DNA of 63,618 nucleotides, filler included, from Octopus bimaculoides (Eukaryota): NCBI RefSeq assembly GCF_001194135.2. It is 6 parts of 6 records of this genome, joined end to end, with 100 filler letters (N's around TTAATTAATTAA, not from the genome) between each part and the next. Parts side by side here need not be neighbours in the genome. Positions count along the whole stretch, not along the records: positions 28,192 to 49,852 come from NC_068992.1; positions 49,953 to 57,020 come from NC_069008.1; 4 more parts are not named here. The stretch is one strand, 5' to 3'. The translations under genes were made by a program, and so were the position numbers. Numbering within the stretch: position 1 is the stretch's first letter; every line of letters begins with the position of its first letter. This document shows, piece after piece, positions 40,164 through 53,812 of this stretch. Below the pieces are notes generated by a model. The model was given only the letters and a program-made list of their open reading frames with translations. It did not search any database and was not told the origin of the DNA.

Positions 40164-40264
40164 AATTGTTGCAACAACAGAGAGCAGAATGTTGCAAAAG
40201 CATTACAGTCGATACCAGGCCCTTCGCCAGACTTTGGTGCCTGGAGATGCTTCAGAATTTTCTG
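40164..40264 (+). CDS. Candidate 101-nt exon of an unidentified gene
   Basis: tgattctttgtag acceptor and CTG|gttagg donor; GC-richer than its flanks; not TE-like. All three frames are open (e.g. IVATTESRMLQKHYSRYQALRQTLVPGDASEFS or LLQQQRAECCKSITVDTRPFARLWCLEMLQNFL). Confidence 0.35.
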
Positions 40265-43122
40265 GTTAGGCACTAATTTGGATTTTGGGAAGATTTTTGT
40301 AAGCTTTTTTCCTAAATCAGAGGGTGCACAAATGAATAGTGAAGGGGTACCCCTTTAGTGACGAACATGGCCGCTACCATGACATCTTATATTCAAACGC
40401 ATGGGATCTAGTATTCAAACGCATGGGGTCTCACCGTCTCTTGTGTTTTTTAAGACTTTAGAGTGCGATTTCACAGAGCCGTATCAGTCCGAACGACCAC
40501 TTACAGTCTTCCTCAGATTATATTGACTATAAAATCTGGTTTTGTTTCAATGTAGATGAAATAATAATTATTATATAACATTGTCACATTGCTTCTAGAA
40601 GAGCATCCTTATTTGTCTGGTACAGTTTACTGGAAATGATATTTGTAAAATGTCCAAATTCTTCTACTGCTAGTTAGCTGCAAATAAGCTTTTAAAGAAC
40701 AGATTGTTTACAACACATGAAATTATTGTACGTAGCGGATTAGTAATCATGCTAACTAAACACAGCACTTTAAATTAACAATTCGAAAGTCAATTTAATC
40801 ACACTTTCAAATTTTACCAATTTTTTTTTAAAGTACAGAACAATCCAGCTTTTGTCAGGTTTCAGTGACAGAAAGCAATGCATTCTTTGAAATAAAGCTG
40901 AAGAATTCAGTAGTGAAGCAACTCAAAAGTTACATCGATATTAACTGTATTATTCTTTTTATTTGGTTGCAACGGGGTTGGTGTTTATCTGAACTTAGAC
41001 TTGATTGATCAATGGACTTCCAACAATAAATATATCTCGCATATATAGAACTAACAGCCAATATATTGTTCTCTTTTTAAGACGGTGCATTGTGATTCAA
41101 TGGGATTTATGATATAATCCTAGCCTCCATAGCAACAGTGCAGGAGCTCTCTTGTGTTTATTATTTAACATGAAGAGATAGTACTTATAGCCCTGTTGAT
41201 TCTCCATGCTTATTTGATACGATAACCTGGATGAGATTAATAATGATTTCTTACTTTACCACAAGACCATAAATATTAAAGAACGGGGTTATGCATAGTT
41301 GCTTTAAGTGTAATCCCAAGTAGGCAGGTAATTATTTTATCGACCCAGAAGTGCAAAAAAGCAAAGTAAACCTCGGAAATATTTGAGCTCTAAACCAAGT
41401 AATATAATTATAACCTGAAAGGTTTTTATTCTAATACTCTTGCTTCTGCACCTCGGGAAGTAAGCTTCTGCATGGTCAGTCAATGTAGAAATATCAGCCA
41501 AATCTCATACACTTGACTGTCTATAAAGACTAGGGAAAAGAAAACGTCAGATACGGTAGGCTTGAATACTTGCAGTAATGTGAAAAGAAAAAAAAACAGG
41601 ATGATTATGGGTGTGATACCTTTGTTCTTAAGTCTGTTGGAACAGTCTTGCCCTGGAGTGAAACAGTAATTATATTAACATTATTAATATTTAGTTAGAG
41701 TTATAACGGTTTCATTGAAGTTGCAACGTACGCAGAGTTTGTGAGAGAACTATTTAATACAACTTTCAAATGATACGCTACAATTATGACGAAATTTTGT
41801 TATTTCGCAGAATTGAGTTAAATTCCTCTCATGGGCCTTGGGGCAATAATAAACCACCTTTTTTAAAATTATTAGTCACCAGAATATTCGCTTTAGGTCT
41901 TATTAACATTGAAGAAATAACATAACTAAGATAACTACAAGAATTAAATTCTCATTTTCATGTTATTCTTTCTACATATTTTTTCTAATGCTATATTTAT
42001 ACTTTTACTTCGGTTTGATGTTTCCCTGGATGTAATGATTTGTGTTGTCGTAGAGAAAACAGCGATACATAGGTCTTACCATATATCAACTGCTCAATTA
42101 ATATTGATTTGTCTCAACATAAAAGCTCTGTATTTGAAGAAAAGAAAAGTGTGTTGTAAATGATATTGTTAGTATAATTGAATTGAAACCTTATCATAGT
42201 CTCAGTTTGCCAGTGGTTTACATCTTCAATATTACTTTCGCCTTATGTTTTTGATAAATTCGTTTGCTAATATCGGCTGAAAAAAATTCAGTAAACAGAG
42301 AAAGGAAAGAAATGATTTACTCACAGTATTTTGAAGATGCTTTCTATAGTCTCTTTGTAGATGAAGAAGGAAGGCGAATATTGCAAAATCATTTGAATAC
42401 GAAAAGAATAACAACTAAACATTTATTTAACTACTTTTCTAGCAACATCATTTCATATGCCTTATATTTCTTAAACATTCAGCTTCGATACTCACTGCTA
42501 CATACAACTGTGGAGAAACAGACACAATTGCACTCCTTCCGAGCTTTCTCCACCTAGTCAGTCAAATGTCCAGGTTTTATATGTACAGAATGACAGTCCT
42601 TAAGGAATTATACCGAAGGTTTCAGATTCGTCAGTTACGTTCACCCTACTTTAGTCGTCTACAAATACCGTTGCCAAGAAAACATGTAGATAGTTCATGG
42701 GGACCCAGGTGCGAGTCAGTGGCAGCAGAGCAGTTCTTTTTTATCCCGTTACAAGCGTCGATTATCAACGTTCTTTATTTGATTATTTTTATCAAACATT
42801 AATACAGCGTCCGGCCACAAAATGTCTATGATAATTCTAGAGAAATTAAATGCAATGTAGCATGTATCCCATAAACATGTTACGCTATAAATACACAAAT
42901 ACTAGCATTTGCCTTTACTCAGTCTATTGAGTGAAGTTAAATTTGCAGAGTCCTTTCATCTTTAGTTCATATCCATGGGAAAATTTCAACTCTGCACAGC
43001 ATATAAATAACTCGTTAGTGATATTGTGTTACAGTTCTTTGTAGCATACGCCATACCATTAACCGGGATCATGTTATATTACTTTATTATGAATAGGAAA
43101 TAAATACTGTAAGATATTGCAG

Positions 43123-43199
43123 TTTATTCTGTGAAATGTTTACTATATTGTCTGGAGGAAAAAGCTGTGTACATGAGCTTCACATATGCTGCGAGACTG
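43123..43199 (+). CDS. Candidate 77-nt exon
   Basis: atattgcag acceptor and strong CTG|gtaaga donor. Reads YSVKCLLYCLEEKAVYMSFTYAARL, in phase with 40164-40264. Confidence 0.35.
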
Positions 43200-45249
43200 G
43201 TAAGAATCATACAGTTAACCTTCCTCTCGTATTTCGATGGCTCCAACAAAAATGGACGTACATTCGTAACTCCAGTGGGCTGAATTGCTGGAGAAAAATG
43301 ACCGGGCCTTTTGGATATTATACATCTTGAGTGATGGCTAGAATAATAGTGACGTGATAAATAGCGATGTGTGATATGAGGTGTGTAAGTGAAAGTTGCA
43401 CTGGACAAGCTAGATCGAAGAAGCAAAGGCTACTGTAGTAGTGATAGAAAACGGTCAGAAGATACATCATAGTGCTAATTATAGGCAGTATTCGACTAAT
43501 TGACACTTTATTAATCTAACCGGGTTTGAATAAATTCAACGCAGTTCTATATAAGTTTTCAACTGTAAATTTCAGTAATTACAGTCAGAAATAATTTGTT
43601 CCAGAAAGATCGTTAAAAAGAAATTTCATGTAATTTGTGTTACATAATATTTTTTTAATTAGTCGATTTGTACATTTAAACTGGAAACTAACTGAAAAGT
43701 TGTTCATGGTCATTCTACTGTGTTAATTTGTCTGAAGAGAAAATAATTTCAGGTTTTATCAGACACTAGATATTCACTGGTGGTCAATTCATCTTTTTAT
43801 CTCTGTCAAAATTAAATTAAAGATTTTATAGCATCATTTGTATAAATTAGTTTTATTATTAACAGTCACAAATGCTAGCATTATCTCCTGCTATAATTCG
43901 TTTTACTTTCATATAGTGTCATTAATTGTGTTAAGATTTAAACTTTTCTTTAAACCCTTGGCAGAATAGATGTTTCTTTTATAGCTTTTGTTATACTTAT
44001 GGGTGGTGTTTATTGCAAATATTTCAAGATGGTTTTCATAAAACTCACCAGAGGTTATTTTGTGACTTTCTTATTTTTTAATACCAAGATGTTTCAGTTG
44101 AAGATTATGTTATAATAGCTATTGAAGACTTTTATCTGAAATTTGAATTAGGCACTGGTATGAGATTTCAAAAATAACTTATACTCTTTCTCATATTTTC
44201 CCATGTTCATGATTTTACTATATAAATAAAATGGCTGTAAGAGAAGAGTAACAAATCAAAATCAGAACCATGAATTTATATCACACCACAATTATTTGCT
44301 TCTATTTCTAAGCAATACAATTTAAATGGAACAGTTGACAAGAAAGGTTACTACAAAAGTACTGTCGCCCTAACCAGTGGAAGATATACTTTATATCTGA
44401 TAAACACAAGTGATGTAGATCAACATAAGTTATACAACACTTTATAGGCCAGATAAGAATATATATATGTGTGCGTAGTGCGTGTGTATGTGTGTGTGTA
44501 TGTGTAGATGTACATAAGATAACTGTATGTTAATATCATTTTACATACAACTTGACTGTGCTCATACCGTTCACCAGCTGTCTACAAGAGATCGCATCAC
44601 TTTCAGCGCCTACTGATATCATCGCCCCGTCGGGCAGTGCTGGGCATCCACCTAATTTTAGTTCACTCAGTATCATGCTTTTTTCCCCCATTTTAGGATA
44701 TCGGGGAAGCTTTAACACCACTGTAACCACCTCAAAAATGCAGCAACATCTGTAATTATTTGAAGTTGACCACCTGATATTCTACTCCACAAGATGCATA
44801 ACATGACACTTTAGTTCACATCATCAAATGCTTTGGGGTAATTCGCAAATACAATTTCTGCCTTTAACTTCAAAGATTTTGTGCTTTTCTGTGTTTTTTT
44901 TAATGACAAGGATCTATCTACAATAATGTTTATCTCCTTTTGCTGAAGCTGAGGCGAAGTTCTAATTATGAGGCACAGTGATTTTGGTCTGTTAGGGTAA
45001 ATGTGAAAGAATAACACGTCTACAATTTTGAGGCAAGTGAAGGTCACTTTTCATTGAAAGTGGCATAATTCTAGACTTCGAGAAGGCTGTTACTTTATTT
45101 CCGTTATATGTTTCATTTCAGAGGTGCAAAAGATGTTTACGGTGGAGTACGTTCTTCTAGATGATATCAGGGATATGATATTTCTAACCTACTTTAGACA
45201 TTTTCAAACTCTTCTATGATAAACAGACAAATCAGAATCGTCAAGCTAT

Positions 45250-47000
45250 CTACTACCTTGTGGTCGAAAAAGAATTGTCGACAAATTTGGCTTAGTGTAG
45301 ATCTGTTCGATTAAGGAGTCATCAGAAATGTTTGGTTCATGGAGATAATCGCAAGTCAGTGCTTTCCCTACGATGTAAATAACTGGAAAGGCTCATCTTC
45401 ACTTCTTCACTTGGATAGTTATCCAAGTGACCGTCCACTTGTTTACGTTGTGGAAGTTGTCCGTTCTTTCATTTGGAACTTGATGAGTGCTTCTAGTGCT
45501 TCCTTTTACATTTCACCAAGTGGGACTTTAGATGAATCACGTTTATTTTCAATTTATCTTACAAACCTAAATTGATATTTCTGAGCTACGCATTCTTAAG
45601 ACACCCTCTGTAGTTTGTTACCATTACATTGTAAACCAAGATTAGCATCTAATTTCTCCTCTTTTGAAACATTGTCTCGCTTATGTCGGCTTGCAATGTC
45701 ACATACGATACAACTTTTCTTTTCTTCATGAATATCAGAGAGTGATCAAATAGTAATCTTCTGCATCTGCAAGCTCTTTGCACAGATTCGTATCATCTGC
45801 TAATCGGAACAAGGAGGTTTCATAGAACATTTTGTGAGTAGTAGTTGCCATAATGAACCTAACATTTATATGAAAAGGTTTTGTGTCACTTTTAACACAT
45901 TCAGAAGTGTTGCTGGCACTTAAATTTTAGATGTAATTAACCCACTTCGTACTAAATGGAGTCTCAATTGACTAACCTGAAAACTGCATCGCTTTGTACA
46001 ACTATATTAGGCGCGGGATTCTTAAGTTAGATATAGCAAGATTTATTCAAAGCTGATATCATGTCCATTAACTCATCCCGATAATATGCTTTGCTAGACT
46101 TGATCGAAAATTATCCTCAATCTAAAAATAAGGATGACAATTATCATTGTCTTAAAGAGATTGCTGAAACAAAAAGTCGTACAATTCAAAATCACTGGGG
46201 ACAAGCCAAGGCCAAGAAAATCCAAATTTTTTCCGAACAACATCATCTGTGAGGCTTCAATTTTGCTGTCAGTACATGGATCTTTTAGTAGTGTACAAAT
46301 GTTAATGAAGTTTAAAGACTACATTATTGTGTCAGAAAGCAAACCAGACTTGAAGTGTTTGACTGAATATTTCAACAACTTACTGGATATCTCATAAACA
46401 AACATTAATGGGTTTTGTGGTAATATTTTTACATTCCCCAAGCAAGACATTGATTTTTCCAGAAACTACAACTACAGTCCTGAAGCCTTGTATCAATAGC
46501 AAGAAGGTTGTTCTGTATCATAATGTCTTTCATGAGTTTGCTATTTCTATTAGGATTTTTGTTAAAAGCGAAAGAATCAAAATGTAGGCTCTAAATGAAT
46601 TGCAAAATTCCAATCGATTAAGAGGAGGTTCAGCGCCGATTTTGCACTAACTGTAACAGATAGTTTCATATAGAAATGCATAACATCTTCCCCCGAGAGT
46701 TCGTTGTATGCGAATACTCCTGTCACAATTGATCTGTTACCTAATAAAAAAAAAGATTGTGTAAGTGAGCATTAGTCTGTATGAAAGTCGCTTGTCCGTT
46801 TAGTTCAACAGTGGCGTACAACAATTCAAGGAAGATTAGGTCATAAAACTGAAGCCCTACTAAGCCAGTGAAAGACAAAATCTTCAGGTGTGATGTAATA
46901 ACACATGGATTGGGTTCATCCGTTGGCAAAGAGATCATAGTCGTGGACTACTCAGCCGTGTACACATTGGTTTCTCTTGCAGGAATTCAGCGCATCGGAC
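45250..47000 (-). mobile_element. Very degenerate CR1-type LINE RT region
   Basis: SLFRLADDTNLCKELADAED (~45810; cf. LFADDTKL), with weaker upstream WK motif and CR1-like 3' similarity. Confidence 0.5.
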
Positions 47001-48558
47001 AAATGAATTTTCATCTTAAGGATTGTCTGATAGTTAACTGCAGAAGCAACTCAATAGCACACTACACTTGTTAAGCATAAGTTGAACATCTTAGATGAGC
47101 AATTACGCAAACTTCTTAACATTTATAGTGTAATCTTTCTTTTCTCAAGTAATATCCTATCATTATAAGATGTCTTATTTCTGGATATATATACATAGGA
47201 CTAGTCTGAATTATTCTCCTAGTTATTACCATTAGTTTTTATATAAACGTTTCTAGTTTGAATCTTCTTTGGACATATTTACACCTCCAAGAATGGCATA
47301 CATGATGACGATCAGGGATAATGCTGACTGAAACTTAAAATAGAGAGGTAGCTATTGAAATATTTCTCACCTATGAATGTGAGATTAAAACTAACAATGG
47401 TAAACTAAGATAATCAGAGAAGAATAATAATGCACTTGGCTAATGCTAATCTTTCCAAATAACGATTGATGTTCAACTTAAATTGATATTTACAAGAAAA
47501 ACTAAGACGGGAGCAACAATTCTAGATTAATACACTTCTGGGAAGAAAGTGTTTAAAGCATAAGTATGAAGATAAGATCCAGTAAGAATGAGAGGAGATG
47601 AGTGGTCCATGGAAATCTAACCCAGTATTGCATAAGCTTCTAAAACTTATCTAGAAATCATTGAACTCAGGGAAAAATATTCAACTATATATATATTTTT
47701 AAGCTGCAAGACATTAATCACACACAACTCAACACTTGTGCCCTACACGGCACTTGTAGGAGTAACCATACTGATATTGCTTCTCGCCTAAGCATTCATC
47801 CTCTTTCAATATAAGGATACTTGTTTGATAACTTTAGCATTTAGAATTTACTGGTGTTGTACACAACCCAAAGACAAAGACAAAGAAAACATACCGTAGT
47901 AAATTATATATGTTTTAGTATTCTGTCCTGTGTGTTTTGTATATTTTGTTTATTTTATCTGATGTTATGCTTTTGAGTATTCTCACACCAAATTCAGATG
48001 TAAATACCAATCTACAGCAAATGACAATCAATAAATCTTGTTTAATTTACACATTCAAAGTAGTATTAGTAAAACATGGAATCTCTGAGCTCTGGTAGAA
48101 AACTACCTACATAAATTATAAAAGAATTCATAAATATTCTAAAGGATTTAAAAGAAAAATTGTTGGGATTCAGAAATATAAATATGGAAATGAATTTTGA
48201 TGAATAAAGAAACTATGAAGATATCCTGTACTGTATTTAGATTATGAAATGTGTATGCTGCAGTTCAATCATTTTATGAATAATAAAGAGAAGATATTTT
48301 ATTATCAGAAGTCTCAAAGAAAATTACAAAGCGAGAATTAATTTTTCTTTATTTCTTCCCTCTTCTATGTTTGTTGCCAATCTGACAATATAAATTTATT
48401 CCGGGTTTGTAAGGATGTCAGAAAAAGAATATAATGGTATTTTTTCTTTCAGTTTTCCTGTTTTTGGTCTTCTTTTCCCACGAAAATATCTTTGCTTTTA
48501 ATGTTACTTCATCGCAAATGAAGAAGCACATTTTTAAGAATACATATCCTATTTACGT

Positions 48559-48596
<38 letters not shown>

Positions 48597-48793
48597 ACAA
48601 CAGCAGCATCATTATTTTCATATTTCCCTCAGCTTATATATATATATATACATACATATATATACATATTCGTATTTCTTTTGTCACTTGCACGTTTCTA
48701 CTATCATTCATCATTGCCTATTACACTGTACAGTGAATAAATTGCCGTCTAAGTTACGCAAAAATGAAAATAACACTGACATTTCATTTTAAC

Positions 48794-49592
48794 AGATATA
48801 TTTACCAAAATTACATTAAAAATATCTTGAAATGTTAAAGAGTAAATTTATTCAATAAAATTGTTATTGGTTCAACTACAGCCTCCACACGACTTCGGAA
48901 TATCCTGCAACTCTTCTGGACTCTTTTCTTTTTTTAAGTTGGTGAATGCTGCCATAATCTTTGCCTTCAGTTCATCTTTGGCGTTACAAGGAGTTTTGTT
49001 GGACTTTCGCTCAACTGCGCCCCGCACATAATAATCAAGGGGATTAAAGTCTGGGGAGTTAGATGGCTAAATGTTATGGGTGATATGGTTGCAGAAATTG
49101 ACTGACAGCCATGACTGGGTTCACCTGTTTATGTGGCATGGTGCAGAATCCTGTTTCCAGACATAGGCTCTTCCAGCAGACACTCTCTTCACCCAGGGCA
49201 GCACTACCTCCTTCAGGCACTTGATGTCAGCCTCCGTGTTGAGTGTGAGACTGTGTGGGAAGAAGTATGGAGGTATAACGTCACAATCACTAGTGATAAC
49301 TCCATGGTGTTGACTAAGTACTTGATTGTTATTACTCTCGGTACATGCACTGTCTTCAGATTGACACCCAAACACTCTGAAATACTCGCATTGCAGCTTC
49401 CAGCGTGAATGCCATGCAATACAGCATGTCGTTTCCAAATTTCTGGCAGAGTGAATTGCGTCATGGTGCGGTTTGTCTCATAGACGGTGCCCAACTGACC
49501 CTACCATACTGTGTAGTCGACAAAATCAAAACTAAAAAGTGTGCATGCGTGAAATTAGAACTATAAAATGGCGACAATATATCCATTGCTGT
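48794..49592 (-). mobile_element. Tc1/mariner (maT/DD37D-like) internally deleted element, copy 1
   Basis: MTQFTLPEIWKRHAV..., IKCLKEVVLPWVKRVSAGRAYVWKQDSAPCH. Co-linear with copy 2. Confidence 0.8.
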
Positions 49593-49795
49593 ATATAAGT
49601 TTACTTGCATTTATTTCTGATTTCTTATTCAGGGTCTAAGTTCGTGGGATAGATAAGTCTGTTGACTAGAAGCAATAAGCGAGGGTAGATATGCGATACC
49701 TCACCCACACACATACGCCTGCACGCACTCTCTTTCTCTCCCTCTCACTCACTCACTCACTCACACACACACACACACACGCGCGCGCGCGCACG

Positions 49796-49837
<42 letters not shown>

Positions 49838-50184
49838 CATACACACATACACNNNNNNNNNNNNNNNNNNNNNNNNNNNNNNNNNNNNNNNNNNNNTTAA
49901 TTAATTAANNNNNNNNNNNNNNNNNNNNNNNNNNNNNNNNNNNNNNNNNNNNCCCCCCCCCCCATCAATCCGTCCATGCATCTGTCTGTCTGTCTATGAG
50001 CATCATTTCTCTTTTATTTCCTTCAGTCATTCAACTGCAGCCATGCTGGAGCAACACATCTGTAGAGTAATGAGGGATGTCTCGGGACCTCATTTAAGTG
50101 TTTTCAAGGGCTCAGCTAATGCTTGGGGCTGAAGCATTTTCTGGGCCTTAAGAGTTGACCTTAAAATAAAGCCATCATCGCATT

Positions 50185-50992
50185 TTAATAGATTTATTTA
50201 CCAAAATTACTTTAAAATATCTTGAAATATTAAAGAGTAAATTTATTCAATAAAATCGCCATTGGCTTCAACCACGGCCTCCAGACGACTTCGGAATCTC
50301 CTGCAACTCTTCTGGATGGTCTCCTTGTTTAAGTTGGTGAATGCTGCCATAATCCTTGCCTTCACTTCATCTTTGGTGTTACAAGGAGTTTTGTTGGTCT
50401 CTCACTCATCTGCGCCCCACACATAATAATGAAGGGAGTTGCAGTTTGGGGAGTTAGGTGGCCAGATGTTAGGGGTGATGTGGTCGCAGAAATTGTCTGA
50501 CAGCCATGACTGGGTTCTCCTTCTTGTACGGAATGGTGCAGAGTCCTGTCACCAGACACAGGATCTTCCAGCAGCCACCCTCTTCACCCAGAGCAGCACT
50601 ACCTCATCCAGGCATTTGATGTAGGCCTCTGTGTTGAGTGTGAGGCCATGTGGGAAGATGAATGGAGGCATAATGTCACCATCACTAGTGACCACTCCAA
50701 ACACCATGATGTTGACTGGGAGTTTGATTTTTATCACTCTCGGTACATGTCCTCAGATTGACACCCAAACACTCTGAAATGTTCATACTGGAGCTTCCGG
50801 CATGAATACCAAGGAGTACAGCATCTTGTTTCCAAATTTCTGGCAGGATGAATTGCATTGTGGTGCTGTTTTTCTCAAAGATGGTGTCCAACTGACCCTA
50901 CTATACTGTGTAGTCAACAGAATCAAAAACAAACGATGCACATGTGTGAAATTAAAAATATGAATTGGTGACAATTTACCCATTGCACCCTG
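50185..50992 (-). mobile_element. Tc1/mariner (maT/DD37D-like) internally deleted element, copy 2
   Basis: NIMVFGVVTSDGDIMPPFIFPHGLTLNTEAYIKCLDEVV..., IWPPNSPNCNSLHYYVWG. 5' TIR-like end CAGGGTGCAATGGGTAAATTGTCACC next to TA. Confidence 0.85.
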
Positions 50993-51090
50993 TGTATATA
51001 CATCTATTTATATTTATATATATATATATGTGTGTGTGTGTATCTAAATGTATGTATGTATGTATCTATCTCTCTCTTTCTCTCTCTCTC

Positions 51091-51133
<43 letters not shown>

Positions 51134-51774
51134 ATGCGCAGGTATGCATGTATCTATGTATGTATGTATGTGTACGTATACGTGTGTGAATGTGCATGTG
51201 TGCAACAGTACGAAATTTATGTATGCATATACACAGAGACACATGTATACATATGAAAGTGTATGTATGTGTATGTCTGTGTATATATACACATATATAT
51301 ATATATATAAGTTCAAAAAAACAATAACAAAAAAACAAAGTGAGGACGTGATACGGATAGTGTTATTGGACGCTCGGGATATATATACATACATATATAT
51401 ACACATATATGTATATGTGTACCTACACACATGTATATATATATGATCTGCATACAATGTCGTGCCCCACTTTAAAACAATAGCCATCTCTACACAACCT
51501 ACTTCTCCTAAGTAGATTGTTTACTAAGCTAGGCTTGATCATCTCTCATTCCCCATTGTCTGTATATACGATAGCTGCAACTTGATTTCAGGCAATGCCA
51601 TGATTTCATTGTTCTCTTAAACATGAGCGGCACAGATGTGGCTTTTCAGCCCTTCTGGGGACCTACACTCCTTTGTATAGATGTGGGCAACGATGGGTGC
51701 CTCTTACAGCAGGTGTTCAGATAGCTTATCACTCATCCGTATACACTGACACTTACCATTATTTCAATACCCAC

Positions 51775-52755
51775 CCAGGGTTTTGGATTGAGATCCATTG
51801 AGGCCCTAAGCACTTAAAACATTTTGGTGCCCCCCATATATATCTGTAATTCAAAATCTAAACAATAATAAGCCGGAAAATAAATATTTATTTTCCATAA
51901 TTACACAAAACTAACAAAAAACATGGAAAATAATGTTTATTTTTCTATATTTACTTTTTTACTCTTTCATTTGTTTCAGTCATTTGACTGTGGCCATGCT
52001 GGAGCACTGCCTTTTAGTCGAACAAATCGACCCCAGGACTTGTTGTTTGTAAGCCTTGTGCTATCAGTGTCTTCTGCCGAACCCACTAAGTTATGGGGAC
52101 GTAAACACACCAACGTCGGTTGCCAAGTGATGGTTGGGGACAAACACAGACACACAAACATATACACTCCCCCGCCACATATATATATATGATAGGCTTC
52201 TTTCAGTTTCCATATGCCAAATCCACTCACAAGGCTTTGGTTGGCCCGAGGCTATAGTAGAAGACACTTGCCCAAGGTGCCATGCAGTGAGACTGAACCC
52301 GTAACCATGTGGTTGGGAAGCAAGCTTCTTACCACTCAGTCACTCCTGTGCCTTTATTTAGATTTGAAAAGATTTCTCCTACTTTTCTTTTAATTGCAAA
52401 ATCTTTGATTAGATCCTCATAATGGCACCATGAACAGTTTGAAATTATATTTTCTAAAATATTTTAGCAGAATGCCAAAGTTCTGTCAATGGAGGGTTGT
52501 GTGCAGAAGGGCTAAATTAAGACCCATAGAGACCTTAATCACTTAAAAGGTTTTGGTGCCCCCATATATCTGTAATTCAAAATATGAAGAATAATAAACC
52601 GTAAAATAATATTTTTTTAATTTTTCAAACTGAAACAAAACTAACATTAAGATGGAAAATAACGTTTATTTTCATAAACTTCCATTTTATTTAGATTTGA
52701 AGAAGTTTTCTCCTACCTTTTTTTTAATTGCAAAATCTTTGATCAGATCCTCAAA
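51775..52755 (+). repeat. Direct duplication (~230 bp) of a MITE-like end; first copy split by a SINE
   Basis: GGCCCTAAGCACTTAAAACATTTTGGTGCCCC...GGAAAATAATGTTTATTTT [SINE] TTATTTAGATTTGAA...AGATCCTCA is repeated uninterrupted at 52530-52755. Confidence 0.75.
51955..52350 (-). mobile_element. SINE, full length (major family)
   Basis: Tail ACTCTTTCATTTGTTTCAGTCATTTGACTGTGGCCATGCTGGAGCAC through head GCAAGCTTCTTACCACTCAGTCACTCC. Confidence 0.9.
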
Positions 52756-53669
52756 ATTAATCTTTTGTAAAACATCTGCTTCTTTACTTAGCAAAGGTAA
52801 GGCATCCTAAATATTATTCCAGGTAAATTTAAAGGGATTTATTTTTGTTTCCTTGATGCTCTAAGCATGTGCTTATTTTCCTGAAGAAGGAAAATAATCA
52901 GCAGAAGACACGAGAGAAGGAGACCTCAATGTGGCCACTCTATACAAGTATTATTTTAGTTTACGGAGATGTACTTGCATAGCAAGTGACCTGATCTGAG
53001 ATCGTGTGCTGGAACAAAAACAATTGCAGCATGGAAGGTGTTTATAAGCCATTTAAAATAACACACAAAAACCGTTAGATTCACTTCAACATTTCAATTT
53101 AATTTGTCAAAATATTTTCATCGTTTTGAGACCGCGACCTTTTCACTGACAAAATTCCATGTTCTTATGATTGTATATTCCCATTATTGTCANNNNNNNN
53201 NNNNNNNNNNNNNNNNNNNNNNNNNNNNNNNNNNNNNNNNNNNNNNNNNNNNNNNNNNNNNNNNNNNNNNNNNNNNNNNNNNNNNNNNNNNNNNNNNNNN
53301 NNNNNNNNNNNNNNNNNNNNNNNNNNNNNNNNNNNNNNNNNNNNNNNNNNNNNNNNNNNNNNNNNNNNNNNNNNNNNNNNNNNNNNNNNNNNNNNNNNNN
53401 NNNNNNNNNNNNNNNNNNNNNNNNNNNNNNNNNNNNNNNNNNNNNNNNNNNNNNNNNNNNNNNNNNNNNNNNNNNNNNNNNNNNNNNNNNNNNNNATATA
53501 TATATATATATATATATACATTCATTAGAAATGCAGAGACGCCTATAATAGGACATCTACTCGCTAGAAACAGCAGCAAAAATACTACATACCACAAAAG
53601 TTAGGGATAATTTCGAAAGGAAATGAAAAATAAGGAAATGAAATATATATATATATATGTATGTGTGTC

Positions 53670-53812
53670 TATGTCCCTGTAACCTAGCAATTCAGTGAAA
53701 GAGATCGATAGAATAAGTACTAGGCTTACAAAGAATAAGTTCTGGGGTCGATTTGCTCGGCTAAAAGGTGGTGCTCCAGCATGGCCACAGTCAAATGACT
53801 AATGCAAATAAA
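53670..53812 (+). mobile_element. SINE 3' half
   Basis: GAGATCGATAGAATAAGTACTAGGCTTACAAAG...GGTGCTCCAGCATGGCCACAGTCAAATGACT. Confidence 0.8.
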
